A model generated the notes under the pieces. That model was not told the DNA's origin. It saw nothing but the letters and a program-made list of their open reading frames with translations, and searched no databases. From Callorhinchus milii (lineage: Eukaryota): DNA of 64,000 bases. The translations under genes were made by a program, and so were the position numbers. Numbering within the stretch: the stretch's first letter is position 1; every line of letters begins with the position of its first letter. Positions 63,058 to 64,000 of the stretch are shown here, piece by piece. The stretch is from positions 14,634,001-14,698,000 of the forward strand of contig NW_024704742.1 of NCBI RefSeq assembly GCF_018977255.1, in the 5' to 3' direction.

Positions 63058-63376
63058 TATAATAATAATAATCCTTGCATTTGATATAGCGCTTTCCACC
63101 TCTTCTCGACGTCTCAAAGTGCTTCACAAAATATACTGTAAGGTGAATTGACTGTATATCTGTGGGCAAAAATGTGGCAGCCAATTGCACACAGCAGTGT
63201 CCTACAAACAGTCGTGGATTGAAAATTACCAATTTATTATTGTTTTTTTTGTGTTGGAGGAATTATTATTAGGCGTGTGGAGTAAGGAAACTTGCCCAAG
63301 GTTTCGCCCTGCCTGGAATTGAACCCAAGCACTCGCTTGCAAGGCAAGTGCTCTAACCACTGAGCTACAGGACTCC
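63058..63376 (-). mobile_element. Short-subfamily SINE
   Basis: Full antisense copy. Confidence 0.92.
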
Positions 63377-63815
63377 ATAATTGCTCAGCAGGAAAAACGA
63401 GTGACTGAAAATCACTCTCTACTCGTTGCCCTATCTCATGCCCTATCCTCCTGGGGTGAAGGAGGAGGAAAGTGTGATCTGCTTGAAGCCGAGCTGCCTT
63501 TAAAATGACATGAAATATTGGTGTTGAGTCAACACATCATAGTGGCTTAGGTGGTCAATTCCTCAGCCAAGCAGGTCACCAATACTCCAGGGCACTGCTA
63601 TGACAGATCAGCCAGGACAGCTCATCAGCAGATTTGGAGTAGGCAGACCAGTCACTGGGAGCAGGGTTCTTCCCACTTCATCTCATGCAACCCAAACCCT
63701 TATAGGGTTCTAGCTGGAAAAGCAGGACAAAGCTACATAATATTAGATGGTTAAACTCAGGAGTACCCCAACTGCACAGTTTGGGGTGCCCAAGCCTTGG
63801 CTTTTGCCAACATCT

Positions 63816-64000
63816 GAGTCCTGTAGCTCAGTGGCTAGAGCATTCGCCTCAAAAGTAAGACACCTGGGTTCGATTCCCGGCAGGGCGAAACCTTGGGTGA
63901 GTTTCCTTACTCCACACGCCTAATAATAATCCTTTAAAAAAGAACAATAACAAAATTGGTCTCTTTAATCCACGACTGTCTGTCGGACACTGCTGTGTGC
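63816..64000 (+). mobile_element. Short-subfamily SINE, cut by the window end
   Basis: gagtcctgtagctcagtggctagagc...ggttcgattcccggcagggcg. Confidence 0.9.

Noticed and set aside
43300..64000. USP53, expected downstream from vertebrate synteny
   Set aside because: I found no USP53-like coding exon or CpG-island promoter; it may lie beyond the window, and short non-coding exons cannot be excluded

Overview
AT-rich vertebrate genomic DNA. The repeat content suggests a cartilaginous fish, possibly a chimaera or elephant shark; this is inference only. Two muscle Z-disc genes lie on the + strand in the vertebrate SYNPO2-MYOZ2 order. The first is the terminal coding exon of synaptopodin-2 (~125-706). 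The second is a complete myozenin-2/calsarcin-1 gene that I assembled by hand from 5 GT-AG coding exons (10830-33138; 813 nt, 270 aa, ending ETDDL), with a probable non-coding exon 1 just behind a perfect MEF2 site. I recognised no protein-coding gene after ~34 kb. The rest is largely transposon-derived: a young tRNA-headed Deu-domain SINE family, older SacSINE1/DeuSINE-like copies, L2 and CR1 LINEs (two long but broken L2 ORF2 copies), a hAT MITE, several palindromic MITE-like relics and a decayed Gypsy RNase H fragment. I found no convincing new biological system. The best leads are nested insertions that order the families in time, a SINE-L2 shared 3' hairpin with variant loops, CpG decay of the SINE anticodon, and long inverted repeats inside MYOZ2 introns. 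Repeat boundaries are approximate unless junction bases are quoted.
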